In this document: one piece after another, positions 1-9,853 of the stretch
Position numbering within the stretch: position 1 is the first letter of the stretch
Layout: each line of letters starts with the position of its first letter
Assembly (NCBI GenBank): GCA_964601735.1
Contig: CAZROO010000001.1
Location: 52,093 to 116,092 of the forward strand
Source of the DNA: an uncultured Pseudomonadales bacterium
Lineage (GTDB): Bacteria > Pseudomonadota > Alphaproteobacteria > UBA2136 > UBA6156
Direction of reading: 5' to 3'
DNA: 64,000 nucleotides
Program-made: the position numbers and the translations under genes
The notes under the pieces: model-generated
Told to the model about the DNA's origin: nothing
Database searches by the model: none
The model's input: the letters and a program-made list of their open reading frames with translations, nothing else

Positions 1-189
1 ACTACCCGGCAGGGCGGCTGGCCACCCTGCCCGCTTACGCTGTCGATACCCTCGCGGCGGCCCGCAGCGGCCTCTTCGGCGCCAGCCAGTTACCTCTGGC
101 AAGGGCCATCCTGGCCCTTGCCAGTTAACCTCCCTCAAAGTATACACAGGTCATCTGCAACCTCACGTTTTTTCAGGGAGTTTCCCCCG

Positions 190-786
190 ATGTCACTAGA
201 GTTTGCCCGTGCGCAATTGCAGGTGCTGATGCGCAGAACCGGCGCCATCCAGTACGGCGGTACGCTCGATTTTGGCCTGGCTTCCGGTAAAAAAAGCAAC
301 GCCTACTGCGATGCCCGCCTCGCTACCGGCGACAGCGAGGCCCGGTTCCATATCGGCCAGGCGCTTCGTCTGATTTGCCCTGTCGCCGAATACCGCGTGG
401 CAGGCGGCATGGAAGTCGGTGCCGTGCCGGTGGCCGGTGCCTTGGCCGACGCCGCCCATCGTAACGATGGCCACCTGCGCACCGTCTGGGTGCGTAAAAA
501 GCCCAAAGGCCACGGTACCGGCCAGTGGGTCGCGGGCCTGAAAAAAGACGAGCGGCTCGATGGCGTTTCCACCATTGTGGTGGAAGACACCTTCACTACG
601 GGCAATTCCACCATGCAGGCGGTCACCCGCCTGCGCGAGGTCGGCGCCGACGTCAAAGCCGTCATCGGCGTTGTCGACCGCGAGGCTGGCGCCCGCAAGC
701 TGTTCGAAGATGAGGGCCTGAAATTCGCCACCATTTTCACCTTCCGCGAGCTGCTGCCCAACGGCTTCGTCGTCCGGTTCGAGTGA
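190..786 (+). CDS. pyrE: type I phosphoribosyltransferase, orotate phosphoribosyltransferase-like
   Basis: PRPP-binding loop VVEDTFTTGNST. ATG at 190 is preceded by AGGGAG; the ORF-track start at 118 is an upstream TTG. A hairpin terminator follows. Confidence 0.65.
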   Translation: MSLEFARAQLQVLMRRTGAIQYGGTLDFGLASGKKSNAYCDARLATGDSEARFHIGQALRLICPVAEYRVAGGMEVGAVPVAGALADAAHRNDGHLRTVWVRKKPKGHGTGQWVAGLKKDERLDGVSTIVVEDTFTTGNSTMQAVTRLREVGADVKAVIGVVDREAGARKLFEDEGLKFATIFTFRELLPNGFVVRFE

Positions 787-805
787 ACTTACTCACAAGC
801 GCAAT

Positions 806-837
806 AAAAACGACCCGCCAAAAGCGGGTCGTTTTTT
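806..837. terminator. rho-independent terminator (A-tract/T-tract, possibly bidirectional)
   Basis: AAAAACGACCCGC-CAAAA-GCGGGTCGTTTTT perfect stem with T-run directly after the pyrE-like stop. Confidence 0.7.
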
Positions 838-1082
838 ATTCGAGTCAGGTACGTTCGTAGCCGAACAACCGGCCCAGAAAAGAACTGAACCGGAGAAGGC
901 TATAAAGAGCCTTCGTTCCCTTGGAATTTCCCTTTGATAGGGAAGAAGCGGGCATTGCCGTACATTTCAGCGGTTGCCCGCTGCAAAAGATTTTCGCCAT
1001 ACATAGATGTCCCTTGGGTTTGGGTTAAGGAGGGCCGCACCCTAGGCCCGAAAAACCAATTTGGCTAGAGGGAATAAAGTCA

Positions 1083-2711
1083 CTACCAAAGGTTCCAGCC
1101 GCCGCCGCGCCCACCTTGCGGTGTAAGGCTTTCGGGCAGCGCCAGCGGCGCCTGCGGCAGGGCGGTTTGCAACACCGTAAAGTTGTCGCCGATCTTTACA
1201 ATATCCAGCCCGCGCTCGGCGCCGCCGTTGGGCAAAAACCGCACATAACCGCCGGGGGCATAAAAACCCTCGGGCCGCGCCAACGTGGTGGCCACCGGCA
1301 CACCGTTGATACGCAATTCCGCCGCCACCTCGCCCAGCACATAAGCCATGTCGGCGCCCAGCACCGCGGCGCTGCCGCTGGAGGTTTCCACCGCGCCGCC
1401 AAAGGTGTCGGCGTAACTCTTGGCCAGCTCGGGCGTCTGGGTCGGGGCTGCGAATACCGCGCCTCTGGCCCCGTTGGCGGTGGGTTTCAAAAGCTCGTTG
1501 CTTTGCCACAGGCCGGTGCCCATCAACTGAATGCCCGCCTTGTCAAAATCGTAGTATGCCAGTTGGCTGGTCACCAGCGGCAGCGCCCCCGGCGGCGCGG
1601 GCGCAAACACGGCCTCGAACGGCAGCGTTCCGCTCACCGGCTTGCCGCCGGCCAGGTCGCGCACGCTGGCGCCCAGGTCCACGTTCTGCGGGTTGTAGAA
1701 GGCGCTCTTGGCCACGGTCAAGCCGTCTTTCTGCGCTTGGTCGCGAAAGGCGTCGAATACCTCGCTGCCATAAGGCGAGCTCGGAATCAGCGCCCCCACC
1801 TTGGTAAATCCCTGCCCGGCGGCCCAGTCGGCCATCGCCCGCGCCTGTTGCGTCGGCAAATAGCCGATGCTCGTCGCGCCGTCGTGCAGCACGCTGCGGT
1901 CGGTGGTGAAGGCAATCACCGGCACTCCGGCGGCCTTGGCGGCGCTGGATACCGCCTCCATGTCGGTGCCCAGCAGCGGCCCGGCAATCACGCCCGCCCC
2001 GGCGGCCAGGGCGGCTTCCACCGCCGCGCCCGCGCCCGGCGTGGTGTCGAGCGGCGCCAGCACCACGCCGCCAGCCTTTTCCTGGCCTTGCTGTTGTAAA
2101 CCCAGTTGTAAACCGCGAACAATTTCCTCGCCGGTCGCCGCCAGCGGACCGCTCAGCGGCACCAGAACGCCCACCTTCAGCGGCGCCGCGGCAACCGCGT
2201 CGCTGCCGGTAGCGCGCCGCAGCAACCGCTCGTAACGGTCATGGTCGGGCTGGGCGGTCAGGTGGCCGTACTGGCCCAGCCAGTCCTGCGCCACCACGCT
2301 GTTACCGGTGGCTAGCGCCCTGCCTGCCAGCTGAAGCAGCAAACGGGCGCGCAGTTCAGCAATATGCTGGCCCAGTGCGCTGCTGTCGGCCACGGTGCCT
2401 TCCAGCACCCGTACGGCCTGCACGTCGTCACCGGCATGGTTAAACGCCAGTGCCAGGCCGTAGCGCGCCTGCGCACGCTGAATCTCATCGCTGGCGTTCA
2501 CCAGCGGCTTGTAAACCTCAATCGCCCGGGCGGTATCGCCGCGGCGCAGGGCATGGGCGGCTTCCAGCAGGTTTTGCTCTACGGGAGTCATGGCGGGCCG
2601 GACGCCGGCCTTCACCGGCGCCATAGGCGCGAGGTTGGCTGAATAGGCGGGAGAAACGGCCAAAACAGCCAGTACACTTGCCGTTACCGCAATCCGCCCC
2701 TTATTCTTCAT
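1083..2711 (-). CDS. LpoA-like periplasmic protein (penicillin-binding protein activator / LivK-type binding fold)
   Basis: Signal peptide ending SPAYSA, helical N-terminal part, C-terminal periplasmic-binding-protein-like region. Divergently adjacent to yraN, as in lpoA-yraN clusters. Confidence 0.55.
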   Translation of the reverse strand: MKNKGRIAVTASVLAVLAVSPAYSANLAPMAPVKAGVRPAMTPVEQNLLEAAHALRRGDTARAIEVYKPLVNASDEIQRAQARYGLALAFNHAGDDVQAVRVLEGTVADSSALGQHIAELRARLLLQLAGRALATGNSVVAQDWLGQYGHLTAQPDHDRYERLLRRATGSDAVAAAPLKVGVLVPLSGPLAATGEEIVRGLQLGLQQQGQEKAGGVVLAPLDTTPGAGAAVEAALAAGAGVIAGPLLGTDMEAVSSAAKAAGVPVIAFTTDRSVLHDGATSIGYLPTQQARAMADWAAGQGFTKVGALIPSSPYGSEVFDAFRDQAQKDGLTVAKSAFYNPQNVDLGASVRDLAGGKPVSGTLPFEAVFAPAPPGALPLVTSQLAYYDFDKAGIQLMGTGLWQSNELLKPTANGARGAVFAAPTQTPELAKSYADTFGGAVETSSGSAAVLGADMAYVLGEVAAELRINGVPVATTLARPEGFYAPGGYVRFLPNGGAERGLDIVKIGDNFTVLQTALPQAPLALPESLTPQGGRGGGWNLW

Positions 2712-2714
2712 GCA

Positions 2715-3077
2715 ATGAGCCTACGCCAGCCAACGCACCGGCACAATGTCCTCAAGGGTAAAATCGCCGAAGCCGCCGCGCTGGCTGCTTACATTCTGCG
2801 CGGCTACCTGCCTGCCCGACGCCCTTTCCGCGCCCTGGCCCAAACCGATCTTTTACTTACCAAGGGCCAAACGCTTGTGCTGGTGGAAGTGAAATACCGT
2901 CCACATGAAACCATCGCCCACATCGCCCTCACACCTGCCCAGGCCCGGCGCCTCGGGCGCGAGGCCGTCGCCCTGCAAAAGCTTTATCCGAACCACACCA
3001 TCCGCTTCGACCTCGCGCTAGTCTTCCTGCACAGGCCCTTCATCCGGATTCTCGCCAATCTCACGGCGGAGAACTAG
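2715..3077 (+). CDS. yraN: YraN family (UPF0102) endonuclease-like protein
   Basis: About 120 aa with the characteristic LVLVEVKYR core; conserved position next to the lpoA-like gene. Confidence 0.7.
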   Translation: MSLRQPTHRHNVLKGKIAEAAALAAYILRGYLPARRPFRALAQTDLLLTKGQTLVLVEVKYRPHETIAHIALTPAQARRLGREAVALQKLYPNHTIRFDLALVFLHRPFIRILANLTAEN

Positions 3078-3157
3078 CCAAACCGGCATGGTTGCCCTAC
3101 AATCGGCAAGGTTTCATAGTCCCATCTTCGCCCTTTGGTAAGGAGCACCCCTCCCTC

Positions 3158-3460
3158 ATGTTAGAGAAAACCCCTCCGGAATTCGACTTTACTGCCATGT
3201 CCGTCGATGAGTTGTGGAATCTCCACAGCAGGCTTCAGGATGAGTTATTCCAACGCATCACCGCCGATATTTCCAAGCTTCAAACCCGGCTCAAACGGCT
3301 TTCCGCATCTGCAAAAGCCGCGAAGACAAAACGCTTATACCCCAAGGTATTAGCTAAGTATCACCATCCCGTCACCGGCGAAACCTGGTCGGGCCGCGGC
3401 AAAACGCCGCACTGGCTCAAAGGCAAAAACCCCGAAGACTATCGCATCCCCCAGGCTTGA
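3158..3460 (+). CDS. H-NS family nucleoid-associated protein
   Basis: C-terminal TGETWSGRGKTPHWL motif (H-NS DNA-binding loop) and N-terminal coiled coil. TAAGGAG lies 12 nt before ATG 3158; the track start at 3092 is a TTG. Confidence 0.7.
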   Translation: MLEKTPPEFDFTAMSVDELWNLHSRLQDELFQRITADISKLQTRLKRLSASAKAAKTKRLYPKVLAKYHHPVTGETWSGRGKTPHWLKGKNPEDYRIPQA

Positions 3461-3551
3461 AAAGCCCTCTTTCGATACCCCGGCCAAGCATCCAGCTTGC
3501 GCCGGGGATTTTGTTCGTCTACCGTAGCGTCGAAGAATAGAAAGCCCATCA

Positions 3552-4214
3552 ATGCGCCGCACTTTGTTTGCTTGCCTCCTGATTCCCGCCACCTGTTCCC
3601 TGGCTTCCTGTGTTCCCGTAGCCTTGGGCGCGGGCGCGGGCTACGTCGGCCTGCAAGACCGCCCGGTTGGCCAAACCACCGAAGACACCGGTCTTAAAAT
3701 CGGCATCAAGAACAACCTCGCCCACGTCCAGGGCAACTGGCTGACCGACATCGGCATCGACGTCTACTACGGCGATGTCCTGCTCACCGGTATCGTCGCC
3801 ACACGGGAGGAAGGTGAAAAGGTGCTCGACATCGTCCGCCGCACCGACGGCGTCAAGCGCGTCTACAACGAGCTGTTCGTCGGTGCCGCCTACAGTGCCG
3901 CCCAGCGCGCCCGCGACGGCTGGATTGCCGCCCAGATCCAGCCCCGCCTGCTCGGCGCACAGGATGCCTTCCCGCTCAATTACCTCATCACCGTGGTCAA
4001 CAACCACGTCTACATCATGGGCTCGGCGGGCAGCCCGGCCGAGCACGAGCATGTGCTCCACGTGCTGCGCACCACCAAGGGCGTGGCCCAGGTGCACGAT
4101 TACCTGGTGGTGGCCAACAAAAACACCATCAACCAGCCGGACGTGAAAACGAACACCTTCGGCAGCACGCCCAGTCGCCCGGTCGACCCGCTGGCTGATT
4201 CCAAAATGGATTAA
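3552..4214 (+). CDS. dual BON-domain lipoprotein (DolP/YraP/OsmY-like)
   Basis: Lipobox LASC in the signal peptide and two BON-like repeats (..GVKRVYNEL.. and ..GVAQVHDYL..). Same neighbourhood as yraP/dolP in lpoA-yraN clusters. Confidence 0.7.
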   Translation: MRRTLFACLLIPATCSLASCVPVALGAGAGYVGLQDRPVGQTTEDTGLKIGIKNNLAHVQGNWLTDIGIDVYYGDVLLTGIVATREEGEKVLDIVRRTDGVKRVYNELFVGAAYSAAQRARDGWIAAQIQPRLLGAQDAFPLNYLITVVNNHVYIMGSAGSPAEHEHVLHVLRTTKGVAQVHDYLVVANKNTINQPDVKTNTFGSTPSRPVDPLADSKMD

Positions 4215-4220
4215 GCACAA

Positions 4221-4248
4221 ACAGGGGGCCGCAAGGCCCCTTGTTTTT
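4221..4248 (+). terminator. rho-independent terminator
   Basis: GGGGCC-GCAA-GGCCCC core hairpin followed by TTGTTTTT after the BON gene stop. Confidence 0.6.
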
Positions 4249-4301
4249 GGCCAGGGCAAGTCCTACATCGGTGGTATCTTTTCACGTTTACGGAGAATCC
4301 C

Positions 4302-4559
4302 ATGTTTAACTTCCTGCGCCGCCTGTTCGGCCTCTCGTCGTCCCCGCCGTCGGCTGACCCCGGCGAAGAGGCGCCGCACGAGCCGAACGGCCCCCAGCAG
4401 CTCAAGGAAATCGAGCAGCTGCTCGACAGGGAAAACGAAAACAGGCCGAGGCCGGCAAAGCCTCCCCGTGGCATCAAGTTGCCGCGTGGCGACAAACCGC
4501 CGCCTGCCCTCAACCTCGACGAAGAACGCTGGCAGCGAAGTTCCGCCCCCGGCAGCTAA
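4302..4559 (+). CDS. small hypothetical protein (Pro/Glu-rich)
   Basis: ORF with GGAGA upstream, bounded by terminators on both sides; no recognisable domain. Confidence 0.35.
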   Translation: MFNFLRRLFGLSSSPPSADPGEEAPHEPNGPQQLKEIEQLLDRENENRPRPAKPPRGIKLPRGDKPPPALNLDEERWQRSSAPGS

Positions 4560-4561
4560 GC

Positions 4562-4592
4562 AAAAACGGGCGCCCGCAAGGCGCCCGTTTTT
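4562..4592. terminator. bidirectional rho-independent terminator between convergent genes
   Basis: AAAAACGGGCGCC-CGCAA-GGCGCCCGTTTTT. Confidence 0.7.
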
Positions 4593-4613
4593 CGTGCGTC
4601 GATACTGACGACG

Positions 4614-5426
4614 CTATTTTACAAGACACATGGCATAGACGGCGGCGGTCGCATACTGACTCAAAGACGTGTCACAAGCGACGTACCAGCCATTACCGTT
4701 CGGAATGCTGTATACCATCCGCATGTCACCACTGCCCGAGGTACAGTACCCTCCCCCTCCGGTGACTATCTCGTTACTGGCGCAGCCAACCCCGGCGGCA
4801 GGCCAACGCCAGGCATAGGCGCTGGATGAACGCACATTGACGGTATGTGCCACATTCATGGTGCAACTTCCGTTCAGACACAGCCGGGCATTGCCGTTGG
4901 GATTGCTGATATACACCCCGCCGCCGCCGCTGGCGGGGCTGTAAAAATACCCGCCCCAGCCAGCCGAGGTCGCTGCATAGCCATACACACCGACACTGTC
5001 GCCGCTATTGCTGCCGCTGGCATAGCCATAGACGCCGTAAGAGCCGCCTTTACCGAGAACGCCGAGAGAGGGCCCGCTAAACGTCCCGGTCCAGTCACTC
5101 GTGCCGGTTTGCGCGCCTTTCATCAAACCGTTTGCCAGGTTGACGTTGCTGCCGCTGGCCATGTTGAGGTCGTAATCGCCGACGCCCACGCAGCCGTCAG
5201 AGTCTTTTTTTGGGTCGCTGGGGGCGTAGAACTTACGCGCGGCGTTGCACTTCATCATCGCGTTGATGAAATTGTTGGTGACGTCCACCTTGCTGTTGAT
5301 GGCCCCCACTGTCGCCTGGGTGGCCTGGCTGCCGGTGGTGGCGGCTTCAAGGGCATGGGCAGGGTTTACCAGGGCCCCGCAAGCCGCAACGGCCAAAGCA
5401 CTGAACCGGAAAGACCTCTGCTTCAT
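4614..5426 (-). CDS. secreted Gly/Tyr/Cys-rich hypothetical protein
   Basis: Signal peptide (..VNPAHA), GVYGYA-type glycine/tyrosine repeats and a Cys-rich C-terminus; no family recognised. Confidence 0.5.
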   Translation of the reverse strand: MKQRSFRFSALAVAACGALVNPAHALEAATTGSQATQATVGAINSKVDVTNNFINAMMKCNAARKFYAPSDPKKDSDGCVGVGDYDLNMASGSNVNLANGLMKGAQTGTSDWTGTFSGPSLGVLGKGGSYGVYGYASGSNSGDSVGVYGYAATSAGWGGYFYSPASGGGGVYISNPNGNARLCLNGSCTMNVAHTVNVRSSSAYAWRWPAAGVGCASNEIVTGGGGYCTSGSGDMRMVYSIPNGNGWYVACDTSLSQYATAAVYAMCLVK

Positions 5427-5707
5427 AGGGTCTTATGAAAGCCCTGTTACCGGTTCCTGACAAAAGCAGGCCCCTAAACAGCCAAAGTGATGTGACAAAA
5501 AAACAGGGGACGCCCGCCACGTGAAAACCGCTTTTAAACCCCATCGACACCAAACCGACATCTCTGCGCCACCCGCGCACCAAAACCGGCCTCAAACGTC
5601 CCCCAGGCGACAAGGGAACGACATCGCTGCGACATCGGACCGACATTCCTGCTCACCCGGCAGTAAAAACCAAAGCCGTTTAAAATCGTTTTAAAACCCA
5701 TGACGGC

Positions 5708-5966
5708 TCATTGGGTGTTTGGTTGGCCAAAGTCATCCAGTGCCTCGCCCAATGCGTTTAAGGCCTGTCCCAAAGCAGGGTGGATGGTGTCCTTACCCGG
5801 CTGTCCAGCCACCCGTCCCCGGCCCTGCCGCCGCCTCTTCTTGGTCCGCCGCCTCCCGTTGGGTCAAAAGGCGTATACGGTAAAAGAGCCGGATTTCTGC
5901 GCCGAATAATTTTCTCAAACTGCGGGTATGCAGCTCTTCCGGCGGGTTTGAGGCCTTGCTGTTCAT
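5708..5966 (-). pseudogene. possible frameshifted XRE-family HTH remnant
   Basis: The reverse strand reads MNSKAS..LRKLFGAEIRLFYRIRLLTQREAADQ..GGWTAG then stops. The +1 frame continues GKDTIHPALGQALNALGEALDDF, matching the W-x-x-G-K...L..ALG..LD.F tail of XRE HTH domains. One extra G in a GGG run would explain the break. Confidence 0.3.
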
Positions 5967-6447
5967 GTTTTAAACAAGTCCCGGAAAACCGCCAAAAAGG
6001 CCTGTTAGACATGAAACAATCGTGCAACTGTTCCATGTTTCTGTGAAACATATGCTGATTCACGAAACAAGCCATTTGCCGCCCTCCCAAGAGGTTGTAC
6101 AAACCTTGTGCAAGTTATCCGGCGCCTTTCCCGACATGCTTAAAACCGCATCAAATTCCCCTTTTTGCCCCCAGGGGGTCCCTTAGCGTGAAATGAAGAT
6201 TCACGCCGCTGCACTTGGCCGAAGCCCTCAAGGTTAACCCCCTGAAAAACAATGGATATAAAATAAAAAAGTATTTACTATCAATGCGATGTTAGCGTGT
6301 AAAAGCCAAAAAGGCTGTTTTTATGCTGCAACGCACAATTTACTCAAAAGTGTGGATTGGGGGCCAAAACCTGCCCTTTGGGGGTGCAACCCCTCTCACA
6401 AGGGCTGCAAAACCGCCACAAAGCCCAAATTTTGAATACAACAGCCT

Positions 6448-7635
6448 CTAAAAAGCCGCGGAAAACATGGCTTCCAGCATACCGTCCAGCAGAAAGACCC
6501 CTTGGGGGGTAGTCCCCCACCTGGTACCCTGGTGCCACAGCCATCCTTGGGCCTCCAAGTGGCGCATTTGCCCCAGGTCCAGACCGGCCTCCTCAAACGG
6601 GCTGTGGATAATTTTCGCCAACCGGGCCAAATCAATCCCCTCGGCCAGCCGAAGCCCCAGCATAACGGCCTCCCGCCACGCCGCGTCATCCGGGATCAGT
6701 TCCTCCTCCACCAGGGCGCTCGAATTTTGTTTCATGCGCTCCAGATAATCGGCCGGATCCTTCCGTACACGGGTTGCCAGCCGCTTATCGTCCACCACCA
6801 CCCGTCCATGCGCCCCGGCGCCCACGCCCAGGTACTCGCCGTAACGCCAGATGTGAACATTGTGCCGGCATTCGCATCCCGGCTTCGCGTAGTTCGACGT
6901 TTCGTAGTGTCCGTAAGCTGCGGTTTGCAAAACATCGCGCGTCGCTTCCATGAAATCAGCCTGCCGGTCACCATCGAGCGGCGTCCATTGCCCACGTCGC
7001 ACTTGTGAGAAAAACGCAGTGTTGGGTTCAATCGTCAACTGGTAACAACTCAGGTGCGGTAGGCCCATGCGAGTCATCTGCTTCAATTGAACCAGCCATT
7101 CATCCAGGCTCTGGCCCGGCAGGCCAAAAATGAAATCAGCATTCACGTTTTCTATCAGGTGTTGAGCTGTTTCCAATGTCTTCAGGGCGTCAGGGGCGCT
7201 ATGTTCGCGGCCTAGAAAAACCAGATTCTCCGCCGACAGCCCCTGCGTCCCCACGCTCACGCGGTTAACCCCGGCCGCCCGGAAGTCGGTAAACACTGAC
7301 CGGGAAGCCGAGGTCGGATTGCACTCAGCAGTGATTTCCACTTGGTCTGTAAGCCCATACAAGTCGTCTATTTTTCGCAGAATTCGGCCGATTTCAGAAC
7401 CTTTCATCAGGCTCGGCGTGCCCCCGCCAAAGAACACCGACACTACCTGCCTGGGCCCTGTTTTTTGGCGCCAAATCGCCAATTCCTGGCATACGGCAGT
7501 AACGTAATCAGCGCTCGGATAAACGCTCGCGGCATGCGAATTGAAATCGCAATACGGGCACTTGCTCTTGCACCAGGGCCAGTGAACGTAAAGTGCCAAA
7601 CCATCAGGGCTCGAAATAGTGGTTTTCCGGGCCAT
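6448..7635 (-). CDS. hemW: radical SAM heme chaperone HemW (HemN-like, oxygen-independent coproporphyrinogen oxidase family)
   Basis: YVHWPWCKSKCPYCDF CxxxCxxC radical-SAM motif, GGGTPS, about 395 aa. Confidence 0.85.
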   Translation of the reverse strand: MARKTTISSPDGLALYVHWPWCKSKCPYCDFNSHAASVYPSADYVTAVCQELAIWRQKTGPRQVVSVFFGGGTPSLMKGSEIGRILRKIDDLYGLTDQVEITAECNPTSASRSVFTDFRAAGVNRVSVGTQGLSAENLVFLGREHSAPDALKTLETAQHLIENVNADFIFGLPGQSLDEWLVQLKQMTRMGLPHLSCYQLTIEPNTAFFSQVRRGQWTPLDGDRQADFMEATRDVLQTAAYGHYETSNYAKPGCECRHNVHIWRYGEYLGVGAGAHGRVVVDDKRLATRVRKDPADYLERMKQNSSALVEEELIPDDAAWREAVMLGLRLAEGIDLARLAKIIHSPFEEAGLDLGQMRHLEAQGWLWHQGTRWGTTPQGVFLLDGMLEAMFSAAF

Positions 7636-9088
7636 AATCAGATTTGACTGATTGGCCGCGTTTTTAAGGGTTTTTTGTGGTTTCAGGCAGGCTCACTCCC
7701 CTAAATATCAAATCAGGCCTAAATGGCAGCCTGTGCGGGCCTCGCGGGCCGCAGGCCGAAATCATTAATATTCCCATGTTTTTCAATGGTTTTGGCGGGA
7801 TAAAAGCCGGTTTTTAGGACCCTGTGCCCCTCCAGCCAGCGCCAGCAGGCCTTTAGCTCGTTTTTGCGTATGCGTCCATGCCTGGGCATCCGCTCTCAAA
7901 AACGTTTAAAAAGGCTTGTCATGCTTAAATATTCATCATACAGTTGATTTATAAGGTTTTTCAGGGCGAGTTGACATAACGCCCGGAAATAGCTTCCAGG
8001 TCTTCTTTTTGGCGTGAAACCGCCATTTTTCCATGAAACATGCAATTGAACATCCAGGCGTCACTGCTTGCAAAGTAAGTAACTCCTCACTATTTTTGTA
8101 AGTGATTGATAAATAAAGGGTGGATTTTCGAGTCTGGAAATCCGGATTTGGCCTTTTTTCGCCCGACAAAGCGGGTTTTCAGCCGTGCCGCAAAGTGTCT
8201 TCCGGGCCTCAAAATGTGGCCAAAATGACTACGTTTTAATCACATTGAATACAACATTAGTATTTTTGTCGCGGTTTTGCACAGGTTGCAGAATACTTTC
8301 CGCCCTTTCCTGACGCCCAAATGTACGTCTTGTACCGCCTCGTGTCGATGAAAAACATCTTAAAACCTAAACGAAGCGGCCAAAAATCTAAAAACGACCC
8401 ATATGCCATGCTTTTGCACCCAGGCTGGCGTCAGGCGATTCCCTGCCAGTCCGGGCGTTTCACATTTATGGCTTTGCAACAGTTGGTAATATTTTGAATT
8501 AAAAGACCTTTTTAAAGAGCTTATGAACACCTTAAAAACGCGGCCTGCAAGTAAAGCCGCGGTCTGTAAAATTTTGATCTGGTTAAAGCTACCCAGATTT
8601 TCCCTTTTGACGATGATTGGCCTGTTTACCGCACATTGGTCTTTAGTGTGTATAAATAAGCTATTGAATAATAAGAATTTAAATGCATGTGAGTGCTTAC
8701 TGATTTGTCATTTGTTTCAGTCAGTAAAAGCCTTGTGTTTTTCAAGCTCAGCTTGGATTTCCCGTCAATGGTTGGCCGAAACCGATGACCAGCGCCGTGA
8801 CGACACGCTGCAAGGTAATCATGTTTCACGCGAAATAACTCTGAATTTGGTGTTTTTTCAATAACCTAAGCCAAGGGGTGTGGCGATAAGGTTGTGTTTA
8901 GACTGTTCCTAAGAGGTGTGCAGGGTGAATTTGACGGACTGTGCAAGATAGAGACAAATCCGCTTTATATCGTTTACAGATAGTTGTTATAAGGCAACAA
9001 ATCGGCAAAATAAGAGACAGAAAAGCCTGTTTGTCACAAGCTGTAAATGAGCCCTCAAAATGGCTGGAATCAGGGGTATAAAGACAGG

Positions 9089-9853
9089 CTAGAGAGAGGC
9101 TGTCTCGATGGCTTGACGCTGTAGCTCAAACAGCTCACGGATGCCTTTGTCGGCCAGAGCCAGCATTTCGGTCAGTTCTGCGCCCTTTATGGCGCGTTTT
9201 TCGCCGGTCAGCTGTACTTCAAGCCATTCGCCCTTGCCGGTCAGCACAAAGTTGCCGTCAATGTCGCAGGTGGAATCCTCGGTGTAGTCCATATCAATCA
9301 CCAGGCCTGAGGGGCCGATGCCGCAACTGATGGCGCCAATGTACTGGGTTAGCGGGTTGGCCTTTAAACGGCCTTGGCGCATGCCTTCGGCCACGGCCAG
9401 GCTTAAAGCCACAAAACCGCCTGTAATGGCCGCTGTGCGCGTGCCACCGTCGGCCACCAGTACATCGCAGTCAATCCACAGGGTAAAGTTGTTCAACAGC
9501 GCCAAATTGCAGCTAGCCCGCAGACTGCGGCCAATCAGCCTCTGAATCTCCACCGTCCGGCCCTCTTGCTTACCTTTGGTGGCTTCGCGGTCTTTGCGCT
9601 CGTGCGTGGCCCGCGGCAGCATGCCGTATTCGGCAGTAATCCAGCCCTTGCCCTGGCCCTTCAGCCAGCGCGGTACGCCGTCGATCAGGCTGGCAGTGCA
9701 TAAAACCTCGGTTTTGCCGCATTTAATTAGGCAACTGCCCTCGGCGTGGGGGTTTACATGACAGGTCAGCGAGATATCCCGCAAAGCATCGTTGGCGCGG
9801 CCAGAGCGTCCAAGGCTAACGACTGGCAAAGAACTGCTCCAGCTTTTCGGCAT
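9089..9853 (-). CDS. rph: ribonuclease PH
   Basis: GRSGRANDALRDISLTCHVNPHAEGSCLIKCGKTEVLCTAS aligns with the RNase PH N-terminus. Start is uncertain: ATG 9853, ATG 9868 or TTG 9829. Overlaps the end of bcp. Confidence 0.85.
   Translation of the reverse strand: MPKSWSSSLPVVSLGRSGRANDALRDISLTCHVNPHAEGSCLIKCGKTEVLCTASLIDGVPRWLKGQGKGWITAEYGMLPRATHERKDREATKGKQEGRTVEIQRLIGRSLRASCNLALLNNFTLWIDCDVLVADGGTRTAAITGGFVALSLAVAEGMRQGRLKANPLTQYIGAISCGIGPSGLVIDMDYTEDSTCDIDGNFVLTGKGEWLEVQLTGEKRAIKGAELTEMLALADKGIRELFELQRQAIETASL

Noticed and set aside
6035-6123. Chromosomal replication origin hypothesis for the AT-richer region.
   Set aside because: There is only one weak DnaA-box-like sequence (TTATCCGGC at 6115-6123) and no cluster of TTATCCACA boxes. 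The neighbouring genes are not the usual oriC neighbours.
8523-8864. 113-aa ORF (and 7936-8169 on the minus strand) in the AT-rich stretch as real genes.
   Set aside because: Composition is unlike the other genes (Cys/Leu/Asn-rich), there is no RBS, no domain, and the region is full of stops in other frames. They are more likely chance ORFs in decayed DNA.
7636-9088. Possible tRNA, rRNA, tmRNA or other structured RNA gene in the ORF-free stretch (and in 5427-6447).
   Set aside because: No T-loop-like GGTTCGAATCC-type box, acceptor-stem pairing or other recognisable RNA gene signature was found by eye. This cannot be excluded without Infernal/tRNAscan.
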